The position numbers were made by a program, and so were the translations under genes. The notes under the pieces are model-generated. The model was not told the origin of the DNA. It worked only from the letters and a program-made list of their open reading frames with translations, and searched no databases. A stretch of DNA of 63,187 nt, filler included, from Nitrospinae bacterium RIFCSPLOWO2_12_FULL_45_22 (GTDB lineage: Bacteria > 2-12-FULL-45-22), in assembly GCA_001803565.1 (NCBI GenBank). It is 9 parts of 9 records of this genome, joined end to end, with 100 filler letters (N's around TTAATTAATTAA, not from the genome) between each part and the next. Parts side by side here need not be neighbours in the genome. Positions count along the whole stretch, not along the records: positions 29,491 to 36,967 come from MHDQ01000236.1; positions 37,068 to 42,819 come from MHDQ01000237.1; 7 more parts are not named here. One strand, given 5' to 3'. Below are positions 29,491-37,934 of the stretch, piece by piece (positions within the stretch are counted from its first letter, which is position 1; the number at the start of each line of letters is the position of its first letter).

Positions 29491-32287
29491 CATCTGTACC
29501 TTCAATAGTAATTGTCCTTGAAATAGGATTTGTGCCACCTTCTATTGCAGAGAGGGATATCCTATTATCCATATAATCTTGAGTTTGATCATCAACCTTT
29601 ATGTTTAGAGGAGGATCAATTACTAAGTTTGCAGGTGTTATTTGGTGAGATATATTTGGATCATCCGAAGATATCGTTATTTCTCCTTGATACCAGTCGG
29701 ATTGCATTCCAGTTATATCAACTGTAATTGTTACTATTGAAGGGGTAGTACCTGAAGTTGGGGACAGGGTTAACCATGGCACATTACTGAACGCTATCCA
29801 GTTACCGGTTCCGCCATTATTCTGAATCGAAATTGTTTGATCTGATGGATTTGTTAAGCCTTCCACACCTCTAAAATTTAGTGTGTGCGGGTATACGATT
29901 AAAGGCTTATGATGATGAAAGATAGCACCATTGATTCCTACAGCAAAGATATCACCACTACTGGGCCCCCAGATTGCATTTAACCATTCTGCCGCCCCAC
30001 TATTCACTGGTGACCAAACCTTTCCATCATAATGTCCGATTGCGTCATACCCAGGGAAGTTGATTGGATAGCCAACGACATAAATATCATCTTTGTCTGT
30101 TCCCCAAATATCACCCCCATACTGTACGGGGAGTCCGCCATCATAATCCCACGAAACTCCATCATAATGGTAAAGACCGTTGTTATAATCTACCGCATAG
30201 ACATTACTATTCGAGGAGCCCCAGATAGAATTAATCGAATACGAATTTGTGTTCGCGGAGAACGGCATCTCACTCCAAACAGCTCCATCGTAGTGAAGCA
30301 TTTTGCCTCTATATCCAGAAACAAAAACATCCGTACTCGAACTTCCCCACACACACCTCCAATAATCTAAACCTATCTCTGGAGTAGCCATCTGTGACCA
30401 CGTATTCCCATTATAATGTAGAATAACATTCTCTTCTCCAACCACGAAAATATCGTTATTCCCACTACCCCATATTTTATTTAGGGTTGATGACATACCG
30501 CTATTCATAAAACTCCAAGAAGTTCCATCATAATGCAGTATTGTCCCCCCCCCTCCGACAACATATATATTATTGTCAGCATTGCCCCAGATACCATTCA
30601 AACTTTCTGCAGTACCGGAATTTACTATACTCCATGAACTTCCATCAAAATGAATAATAGTTCCATTATTCCCTACTGCATACATGTTATTTGAACTTGT
30701 ACCCCAGATATCACTTAAATTACCGGTTGTAGGACTTGCCATTTGCTCCCATGGAATACCAAAACTCCTCGGATCAAGCGGATTACTCCCATGTCGATAT
30801 TCCTGGAGATTGGTATATGCATCGCCATCCGAATCAGTATTAGCGTCACTTGAACTCAATGGATTGAGACCGTACTTAACTTCCCAGCCATCCGGCATTC
30901 CATCCCCGTCGGTATCGGGTTTATTTGGATCTGTGCCGTAAAGATTGTTCTCGTCAATGTCCGTTAGTTCATCGCCGTCTGTATCGAGAATGACTGGTCC
31001 AGTAAAAAATCGAATTACACCGCTACCTCCATTATTTAATGGTGCTGAAACCGCTAAATCTAAAAATCCATCCCCACTCGCATCCGAAAGCCCCACAACT
31101 CTCAATCCAAATTCTTCTCCACTAGAAAAACCGGTAGGTTGAGGATCTCCTTGGAGTACAGCCACGATCATGCCGTCTTTAGAACTGACAATGTAAACAG
31201 AACCTACATACCCTAATCCATCTATTGAAGTCCCAAATGCACCAATTGCAAGGTCACCATAACCATCTTCACTAATATCTCCAATGTTAACGGCACTAAC
31301 ACCTAACTGCTGTCCCTGTTGTTGTCCATCAATTTTCCAAAGCATAATCCCATCAGCACCTGAATAAGCAATGGCTGTCCCTGTTCCATACGGATTTGTA
31401 ATTAAGATATCTCCCACGCCATCTCCATTGATGTCATTCATTTCTAATATGATCCATCCGAAACCCTCTACCGCTAAGTTATCACTAATCTCATAAAGGA
31501 GTGCCCCTGTTCTACCTGAATAAACTTTAACTTTCCCCATGAAAGAAAGAGTTCCATCTGGATTCTCGCCTCCGCTATTCCTAATCCTGATTGCTATATC
31601 AGGGATTTGATCCCCGTCAATATCCGAAAGTCCTGCGACATTTGTACCAACTTGTTCTTGGACTAAACTTCCATCGAATCGTCTAATAAGAGAGAAATCA
31701 CTACCGGAATACACAAATACGCTCCCAGCATTTAACACCCCGCCAGGATCCGCTGCCAGAGCCCCCACAATTATTTCTCCGATGCCATCTCCGGTAATAT
31801 CCCCTATTCCAGAAACAGCCTGCCCAAAAGCATCTCCCCAAATTGTCGAATCTAAATTGCTGAGTGTTTGAATTACTGCCCCAGTCATACCACTATGTAC
31901 TGTAGCTATTCCATAAGTTTGAACTGAACCAATGATGTAATCTCCAACGCCATCTCGATCTATATCATCCAGTTTAGAAATCGTAGATTGGTAGTTATTT
32001 GTTGCAATAGGATCCTGACGAGTAACTTGAAATTCATAAATAATAGATCGTGTTAACCCTGATATGACCTTAAGATCTTCTCCTCCATTAGTAAAAATAT
32101 GCCCTCCCACCAAAAGATCTTGAAATCCATCCTGATTCATATCTCCAATATTTGCTGACAGTGATCCAAATCTGCTTCCTTCATCTCCTGCTAAAGTAGC
32201 GTATTGGTATAATGTGCTGGCGAAACCCGGGGTTGCAGATAATGTCAAAATTGAAAGTATAGTGGACAATACTGTTAAAAGAATCAT
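29491..32287 (-). CDS. Large secreted protein: FG-GAP/integrin-alpha propeller, Ca-binding DxDGD repeats, second beta-propeller, BACON/Ig-like domains; 3' truncated by gap
   Basis: RBS GGAGGA before MILLTV signal peptide; GDxxxDGxxD and FG...GA repeats; DTDGDGMPDGWE; IWG.S...Y.VG...ILHYDG..W repeats; PWLTLSPTSGTTP. Confidence 0.85.
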
Positions 32288-32362
32288 TGGGAAATCCTCC
32301 GCATATAACTCAAAAAAGTCTAAAATTGCATTTTTGCATTGTTTAATCAAAAATAAGCCAGG

Positions 32363-32539
32363 CTATAGACGTACCAATAATCCATACGGCTGTTGCGATT
32401 GCTGGGCTTGATCCACGCCCATCCCTTTGGTAATGCTGCTCAGGGCCATATTCCCAGGCATTGCCGTCCCGAATAGAACATAGACCAATATCATTAGCCA
32501 CGGGGTCATTTCCTTCCACCTTGGTTTTCTACACCTCAT
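32363..32539 (-). CDS. 58-aa ORF with signal-peptide-like core
   Basis: RBS AGGAGG; MRCRKPRWKEMTPWLMILVYVLFGTAM...; in frame with the downstream large ORF, separated by TAG. Confidence 0.4.
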   Translation of the reverse strand: MRCRKPRWKEMTPWLMILVYVLFGTAMPGNMALSSITKGMGVDQAQQSQQPYGLLVRL

Positions 32540-32691
32540 GATCGCCTCCTCTTTGATTTCTCCATAATGTAAAAACTCATATTATGTCCTCTTATCTCTT
32601 GACTCTATCTGTATATTCAGTTATCTTTTACCTACATCTACCTACATCGTGCTAACAGCATGGACATCCATCCTTTATAGAGGTGATCAAG

Positions 32692-32955
32692 ATGCCCAGG
32701 ACTATTGAAGCCATTTATGAAGACGGGGTCTTTAAACCCCTTACAAAACCACGCCTTAAGGAGCATGAAAAGGTAGAATTGACTATTGCTACCAAATCTG
32801 AAACTGACGAGGCTGTTAAAAATGCCCTCAGCATTATTGGTGTAGGTGAAAGACCTTTTAAAGATAGCTCTGTAAAATATGACAATTACCTCTACGGCAA
32901 GAAACGTTTTTTGCAATCTCCTTACATCCAATCTGATTCTTGTAGAAACCTTTAA
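32692..32955 (+). CDS. DUF104/AF2212-like antitoxin (C-terminus possibly extended by the adjacent deletion)
   Basis: MPRTIEAIYEDGVFKPL...LKEHEKVELTI...YDNYLYG. Confidence 0.8.
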   Translation: MPRTIEAIYEDGVFKPLTKPRLKEHEKVELTIATKSETDEAVKNALSIIGVGERPFKDSSVKYDNYLYGKKRFLQSPYIQSDSCRNL

Positions 32956-33099
32956 TCTCCTCTCCAGGACTATAGGCAGTAAGGCCACCGTCAAATTCGG
33001 TGATGCGCTTAAAACCACTGTCTTCCTTACAATAGAACCCGTCACTTCTGTTGACTGGGAGAGAGGCTGGGGCAATACGGGTTTAATGCTTTCCCATAG
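32893..33099 (+). pseudogene. PIN/VapC toxin remnant with two internal deletions
   Basis: Middle TSNLILVETFNLL...DWERGW retained; N-terminal DT motif and the S..D...FD segment missing; C-terminal QYGFNAFP* is in another frame. Confidence 0.65.
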
Positions 33100-33184
33100 T
33101 CTTTTTGATCTGAAAGATTCTAATTTTGTAGTTGGCCTTATTAAAGGAAAGAGGAGATTATTGGTTATTGGGTAAGAGGAGATT

Positions 33185-33227
33185 GTGAGTGAGTGAGTGA
33201 GTGAGTGAGTGAGTGAGTGAGTGAGTG
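33185..33227. repeat. Tetranucleotide simple sequence repeat (GTGA)10
   Basis: Ten perfect GTGA units plus GTG. Confidence 0.97.
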
Positions 33228-33357
33228 CAATTTGGGGGCCATGCTGGAGTACGATGCTGTGATTGAGCGGCAATGACTGGAAATGACTGGAGTCGTCGCA
33301 CTCCGGAGATCACGATAAATAGAATTAGTGCTGGTCATGATAAAGCCCCTCATAAAT

Positions 33358-33418
33358 AAAAAAACCGGACTGCTGAAATAACAATAATACATAAATTATT
33401 GTCACCTCGGCAGCCCGG
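33358..33418 (-). terminator. Intrinsic terminator overlapping the riboswitch 3' end (expression platform)
   Basis: CCGGGCTGCCGAGGTGACAATAAT...ATTATTGTTATTTCAGCAGTCCGG followed by a T run. Confidence 0.75.
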
Positions 33419-33530
33419 CTGGCTTGAACGTCACCCCCACCCTGACCCTCCCCCATCGAGGGGGAGGGAAAAGATGGAAAGCCCCGTAGCTTTGCGCCCT
33501 GTCCTCACGGACAGTTTGCCCTGATAGAAG
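33405..33530 (-). ncRNA. c-di-GMP-I (GEMM-I) riboswitch with an insertion in the P3 loop
   Basis: CAGGGCAAAC-TGTCC-GTGA-GGACAG-GGCGCAAAGCTACGGGG...GCCAGCCGGGCTGCCGAG; GNRA-capped P2; G at the Vc2 G20-equivalent position. Confidence 0.88.
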
Positions 33531-33782
33531 GTGTTATATTGTAACCATTTGATTTTTAAGCACTGCTCAGATGCAAAGACAAATGGTGATAGCAGTTTAC
33601 CACTACCTGCAGGGTCTGTATATCACCCATATGGGTGATGTCTTAAATATTTTTTTACCTGGAGAGGATCCCCTTGGCCCTCACAAGATATCGGGGACTG
33701 AACACAGAATTACTTACAGGCGCGAGGGCGACACGAGTGTAGTCGATAATTTCGTGGCCATCTCTGTTTTCAGGTAATCATC

Positions 33783-33811
33783 TTGCTTTTTACGTTGCAC
33801 CCGGATAGAAT
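33783..33811 (+). promoter_or_regulatory. Sigma70 promoter of the MNT-HEPN pair (likely leaderless transcript)
   Basis: TTGCTT-17 nt-TAGAAT; ATG at 33818 follows 6 nt later with no RBS. Confidence 0.5.
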
Positions 33812-33817
33812 CTTGTT

Positions 33818-34189
33818 ATGTTAGGACCAATAACAAAGTCTGTAACTTTACCGCCTGTTAGGTGGCTTAGCCCGGTTGAATGGTCAGCATTGGAGAAGTA
33901 TTGCGAAAGTGCCCGCTCCCTTTACGGGGATCGTATACACGAGATGATCCTTTTTGGTTCCAGGGTACGGGGTGAGGGATACGAGGAGTCTGATCTGGAT
34001 GTCGCGATGATCATAACTACAGAAGATTCAAATCTAAGTCGTGAATTATACGACATGGCAACAGAGTTATGGCTGGAGACGGAAATAAAGATCTCCCCGC
34101 TGGTGTTTTCGATAAAAGAATACGAACTGCTCTTACAGATGAAAAAGGGGATTGCTGTGGCTATCCATAACGAGGGTGTGGCGTTATGA
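33818..34189 (+). CDS. Minimal nucleotidyltransferase (MNT) antitoxin
   Basis: LFGSRVRG...ESDLDV (GSx10DxD). Confidence 0.88.
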   Translation: MLGPITKSVTLPPVRWLSPVEWSALEKYCESARSLYGDRIHEMILFGSRVRGEGYEESDLDVAMIITTEDSNLSRELYDMATELWLETEIKISPLVFSIKEYELLLQMKKGIAVAIHNEGVAL

Positions 34190-34578
34190 CACCGGAAGAG
34201 ATAAGAGAGAATATTCGGTTGGAAATGGATGCCGGCAATGAGGCCCTGGAGGCTGCAAGGAGCCTTGTGAAGCAGGCACTCTACCGGAGCGCCATGTCCC
34301 GGGCTTACTATGGGTTATTTCATTATATCAAGGCACTCCTCTACACCCGTGGACTTGAGCCAAAGAGTCATGAAGGATTGGAACACCTGTTCGGACTCCA
34401 TTTTGTAAAGGCCGGGAAGGTGGATGTGAAGAGTGCAAAACTGCTCGCACGTCTGCAAAAATATCGTGAGCGGTCTGACTATGGACTGGTTACCTTTTTT
34501 ACGAAAGAGGATGTTGAGCAAGAGCTGGCAGAGGTTGATAGCTTCCTGCAATGTATACAGGACTACTTGAAAATTTAG
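34186..34578 (+). CDS. HEPN domain protein, partner of the MNT
   Basis: AMSRAYY, KSHEG, RERSDY; overlaps the MNT stop (ATGA). Confidence 0.88.
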   Translation: MTPEEIRENIRLEMDAGNEALEAARSLVKQALYRSAMSRAYYGLFHYIKALLYTRGLEPKSHEGLEHLFGLHFVKAGKVDVKSAKLLARLQKYRERSDYGLVTFFTKEDVEQELAEVDSFLQCIQDYLKI

Positions 34579-34602
34579 ACAAACAGACTATATGGTGAAA
34601 AT

Positions 34603-34866
34603 TTACTTCACCTCAGACAGTTCAACTTTTACATCATAACCGAGCTTCTGAAGATAATCATAACAATCATCCCATGTAAGGCCAAATTCGCGGACATCTG
34701 CAAGACCAATTCTGGCAAGAATATCCTTTATGGTTTCATAGCCATTATCTTCAATTTCGGCATCCCTGATCATGTCCTCAGCCCAATCAATCAGATTCGG
34801 CAAGTCAATTTTTCTATTTATATATTTAAGAAGCATGTCAACAAGCAGTTTTTTTGTTACAACCAT
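34603..34866 (-). CDS. Small hypothetical protein
   Basis: RBS AGGAGG; compact 87-aa ORF (IDWAE...LADVREFGLTWDDC). Confidence 0.7.
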   Translation of the reverse strand: MVVTKKLLVDMLLKYINRKIDLPNLIDWAEDMIRDAEIEDNGYETIKDILARIGLADVREFGLTWDDCYDYLQKLGYDVKVELSEVK

Positions 34867-34929
34867 TCTTATTCCTCCTATATTTTCCTGTGACCTTTAT
34901 CCACTTTCTGTCCCCTTTTTTCGAGGGCC

Positions 34930-35409
34930 TTATGACACCTTCATCAAGGTGTCACAGAACTTAATTAGCTCACTTGAAAAATTCCTGACCGTATCTTCAA
35001 ATGAAGAAACAAGCTCTTCCAGCTTAGATTCGTCCAGTTGGAAGCCGTAAGCCTGTCTAACCACATGCCTAAAACCAAGAAATAGTCTTAGGCTGTTGTA
35101 AAGACCAGGGGAAATCACAGGCGGCCTAACCCCTGCAATCTCTATCGTCATGTTTATCAATAGCCTCTTGTGCCATTCCTCTCCCTGTGGAATACCACCA
35201 TCAATCTCGGTTGCTATTATCTGAAAAACTCTTTCAATACCCATATAAAAATCTGCTAAATAGGATGCCTTTACTCGCAACAGATACTTGTCTACGGTCT
35301 TATATTTATTAATGAACTCGTTGTATTCATCGCGTAATCTATGGATGTTGGATAGTTCTGCATTTATCTCAGAAACGATACGCCTGACTAATATTTCATT
35401 GCCGTTCAT
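34930..35409 (-). CDS. HepT-like HEPN ribonuclease toxin
   Basis: DFYMGIERVF, WHKRLL..M, RPPVIS, FRHVVRQAY. Confidence 0.82.
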   Translation of the reverse strand: MNGNEILVRRIVSEINAELSNIHRLRDEYNEFINKYKTVDKYLLRVKASYLADFYMGIERVFQIIATEIDGGIPQGEEWHKRLLINMTIEIAGVRPPVISPGLYNSLRLFLGFRHVVRQAYGFQLDESKLEELVSSFEDTVRNFSSELIKFCDTLMKVS

Positions 35410-35749
35410 AAATGATCTTTCCTTTCTCGTAATAGTTTTGCATCCTTTCTGTAGCGCCTTCCATTGGTATCAAATCCACACCAAATTCATCTGACTCTGC
35501 AATCAGATCTCCGAGGGCACGAAAATAGTCTGAATCAGCGAGACCTTCTACACACAGGTCTATGTCTGAATGAGAATGAAAATGCTTCTCGTCAAGGCAC
35601 GACCCTATAAGGACAATCTTCTTCACTCTATATTCCCCAGCAAGGATACTGGCAAGTTTATCTATGACAATCCGCGCCTTCTGAAACCTGTCTTTTTTTT
35701 GTCTCTCCCGAAGGATGATGAAGTTATATTGTGGCATAAGTTTGCTCAA
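35396..35749 (-). CDS. MNT antitoxin
   Basis: VLIGS...HSDIDLCVEG, VDLIPME; overlaps the toxin start. Confidence 0.82.
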   Translation of the reverse strand: MSKLMPQYNFIILRERQKKDRFQKARIVIDKLASILAGEYRVKKIVLIGSCLDEKHFHSHSDIDLCVEGLADSDYFRALGDLIAESDEFGVDLIPMEGATERMQNYYEKGKIIYERQ

Positions 35750-35829
35750 TATCCACCACTATAATTGAGGTATATTGTAGAGTCAAGGACAAGAAAAGAA
35801 CATTGTAGTTAACAGGTGGCGCCTTAATT

Positions 35830-36486
35830 TTAATTCTTTTTCGCAGGAATAATACCCTTCTCCATTGCCTTGACTGCAGCCTGGGTACGGTTTTTGACCT
35901 GGAGTTTCTCAAAGATATGTTTAAGGTGGGTCTTAAGGGTATCACGGCTCATGGCGAGGGCCTCTGCTATGGCATCATTCTCATGACCCCCCATGATCAG
36001 GTGGAGGACCTCTTTTTCCCGGCTGGTCAGGTGGATTTCCGGATGGGAGGAAGGGGCTTCCAGATTCTTAATGGTCAGGCGGGCCAGATACGGGGAAATC
36101 AGGATCTCCCCATTATGGGCAGAGCGGATGACATTCAGAAGACCGGCCTGATTGGTGCTCTTGATGACATATCCCACAGCGCCTGCCTGCATGGCGGTGT
36201 AGACATGCTGGTTATCCTCATACGCTGAAAGCACCAGGATCTTCAAACCCGGAAATCTCTCTGTAAGGACACGAATTGCGGTTGCACCATCCATCGTTGG
36301 CATATCTAAGTCCATAAGCACCACATCCGGACGCAGGTCGGTCACCAGCATGACCGCCTCCTCACCATTCCGGGCCTCACCCACCACCTTGATATCCTCG
36401 GCCCTGCCCAATGACGCAATGATCCCTTCCCGGATGAGGGGATGATCATCTGCGACAAGGATACTTATCGGAGTTCTACGGAGCAT
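35830..36486 (-). CDS. NarL/LuxR-family response regulator
   Basis: VADDHPLIREG, LMDLDMP, YVIK, LTSREKEVL...LKTHLKHIFEKL...RTQA. Confidence 0.92.
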   Translation of the reverse strand: MLRRTPISILVADDHPLIREGIIASLGRAEDIKVVGEARNGEEAVMLVTDLRPDVVLMDLDMPTMDGATAIRVLTERFPGLKILVLSAYEDNQHVYTAMQAGAVGYVIKSTNQAGLLNVIRSAHNGEILISPYLARLTIKNLEAPSSHPEIHLTSREKEVLHLIMGGHENDAIAEALAMSRDTLKTHLKHIFEKLQVKNRTQAAVKAMEKGIIPAKKN

Positions 36487-36493
36487 ATGCGCC

Positions 36494-36967
36494 TCACTGT
36501 GTACCGGCAATAGGTAGGGTAAACAGAAACCTGCTCCCGTGGTTCAGTCCCTCCAATGGGGACTCTGCCCAGATCCTTCCCCCATGGGCCTCTATAGTTT
36601 GGCGGCAGAAGGGGAGGCCAAGACCCATCCCCATCTTTCCACCAAAACTGGTAGACTCCGCCTTAAAATACTTCTCGAAGAAGATCCTCTCAATATCTTT
36701 TAGGGCAATGGCCTTCCCCTGGTTTGTGACACTTACCTGAACCTGATTACCCAGTCTCCTGACGGCAATCTCTACACATCATCTATCATGGCCAGGAGAA
36801 GTTCACAGGTATCCCGTGTGGCGGTCATGATGGGGGATTTTTTCTCATCCAGCTCGCCATAGTACCCCTGAATCAGATTATCGAGCGATTGGGCCGTTGC
36901 CAATATGGGATTGCGGATGTCATGGGCCAGCATATTCATCGTCTCCTCTTTGTGTCTTTCCAGATAG
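36494..36967 (-). pseudogene. Sensor histidine kinase 3' part with internal deletion and frameshift
   Basis: LAHDIRNP H box, then a jump near 36778 to VEIAV...VTNQG...GLGLPFC...AHG / RIWAES...FTLP in other frames; N box missing. Confidence 0.75.
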
Positions 36968-37067
36968 NNNNNNNNNNNNNNNNNNNNNNNNNNNNNNNNN
37001 NNNNNNNNNNNTTAATTAATTAANNNNNNNNNNNNNNNNNNNNNNNNNNNNNNNNNNNNNNNNNNNN

Positions 37068-37327
37068 ACTCCTCTCCCTTTCAAAGAAATCTGATATTAG
37101 CCAATGCTAATGACCCAAGAACCTTTACCCCAGCTACTACCTCCCTGGAACTCAGTCCAGGATACGATTTCCCCTTGACCCCATTCTTTTCTGTAACCTT
37201 ACCTACAGGCTTAGCTGAGGGTGCTTATCAGGCCTTTGCGGCCTTAGCCGAACCTGGCTCTGCCAAGGCTGGCTCTCTGCAGCTCCTCAGCCCCATCAGT
37301 CTGGCCCCGTTCACATTTATTCCTTGA
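37068..37327 (+). CDS. C-terminal fragment of a protein sharing its last domain with 37935-41393
   Basis: Translates ...DPRTFTP...FFSVTLPTGLAEGAYQAFAALAEPGSAKAGSLQLLSPISLAPFTFIP*. Confidence 0.8.
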
Positions 37328-37447
37328 GGAGAACATTACATAAAGAATTACTTGTAAAATTTGCTATAATATTTTACCACAATAAAGATGAATCAAGCCT
37401 GAGGTATTAGAACCATTACCAAGTTTTAGCCTTTGAAGGCAAAGGAT

Positions 37448-37720
37448 ATGGGAACTGCAAGCTATAACAAGAAGACTACCTTTGTTCTAGATGCTCTCTT
37501 ATTGGAACAAGCCAAAGAGGCAGTAAAGGAAGGAGGCTATAAATCCCTTAATGTCTTTGTTCAAGATGCCATCTATCAGTGGGTAAAGATTCTTCAGAGG
37601 GAGAAGATAAAGAAAGAATTCCTAGAGGCAAGTAAAGACCCCCTCTTTTTAGTTGATATAGAGGAAATTAATAGAGATTTTGAGTTTACTGACCAGGAAA
37701 TCTTAGCGGATGGAGGATGA
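37448..37720 (+). CDS. Putative ribbon-helix-helix antitoxin
   Basis: KKTTFVLD...SLNVFVQDAI...ASKDPLF..DI; overlaps the start of a PemK-like gene. Confidence 0.65.
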   Translation: MGTASYNKKTTFVLDALLLEQAKEAVKEGGYKSLNVFVQDAIYQWVKILQREKIKKEFLEASKDPLFLVDIEEINRDFEFTDQEILADGG

Positions 37721-37820
37721 AGATAGAGAGATATCAATGGGGTATTTTAAAGCGAGCCTAGATCCGGTAAAGGGCTCGGAACAACGGGGTACCAGGCCAG
37801 TTCTGGTAGTGAGTAATGTC
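37717..37820 (+). pseudogene. PemK/MazF toxin N-terminal remnant
   Basis: MKIERYQWGI, frameshift, then ASLDPVKGSEQRGTRPVLVVSN, then truncated. Confidence 0.75.
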
Positions 37821-37934
37821 AAAATCACTCAGTAAACGAGCCAAAATGTTATCCTCCTAAAAAATTATTGAAATAGTGCTAAAATATGAAAGTAAATCGG
37901 CATAGATAAGATCTCACTGAGGGGGTGGGTATGG

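Noticed and set aside
32638-33273. 211-aa minus-strand ORF
   Set aside because: Mostly antisense to the DUF104/PIN pair and passes through the simple repeat; no recognisable domain.
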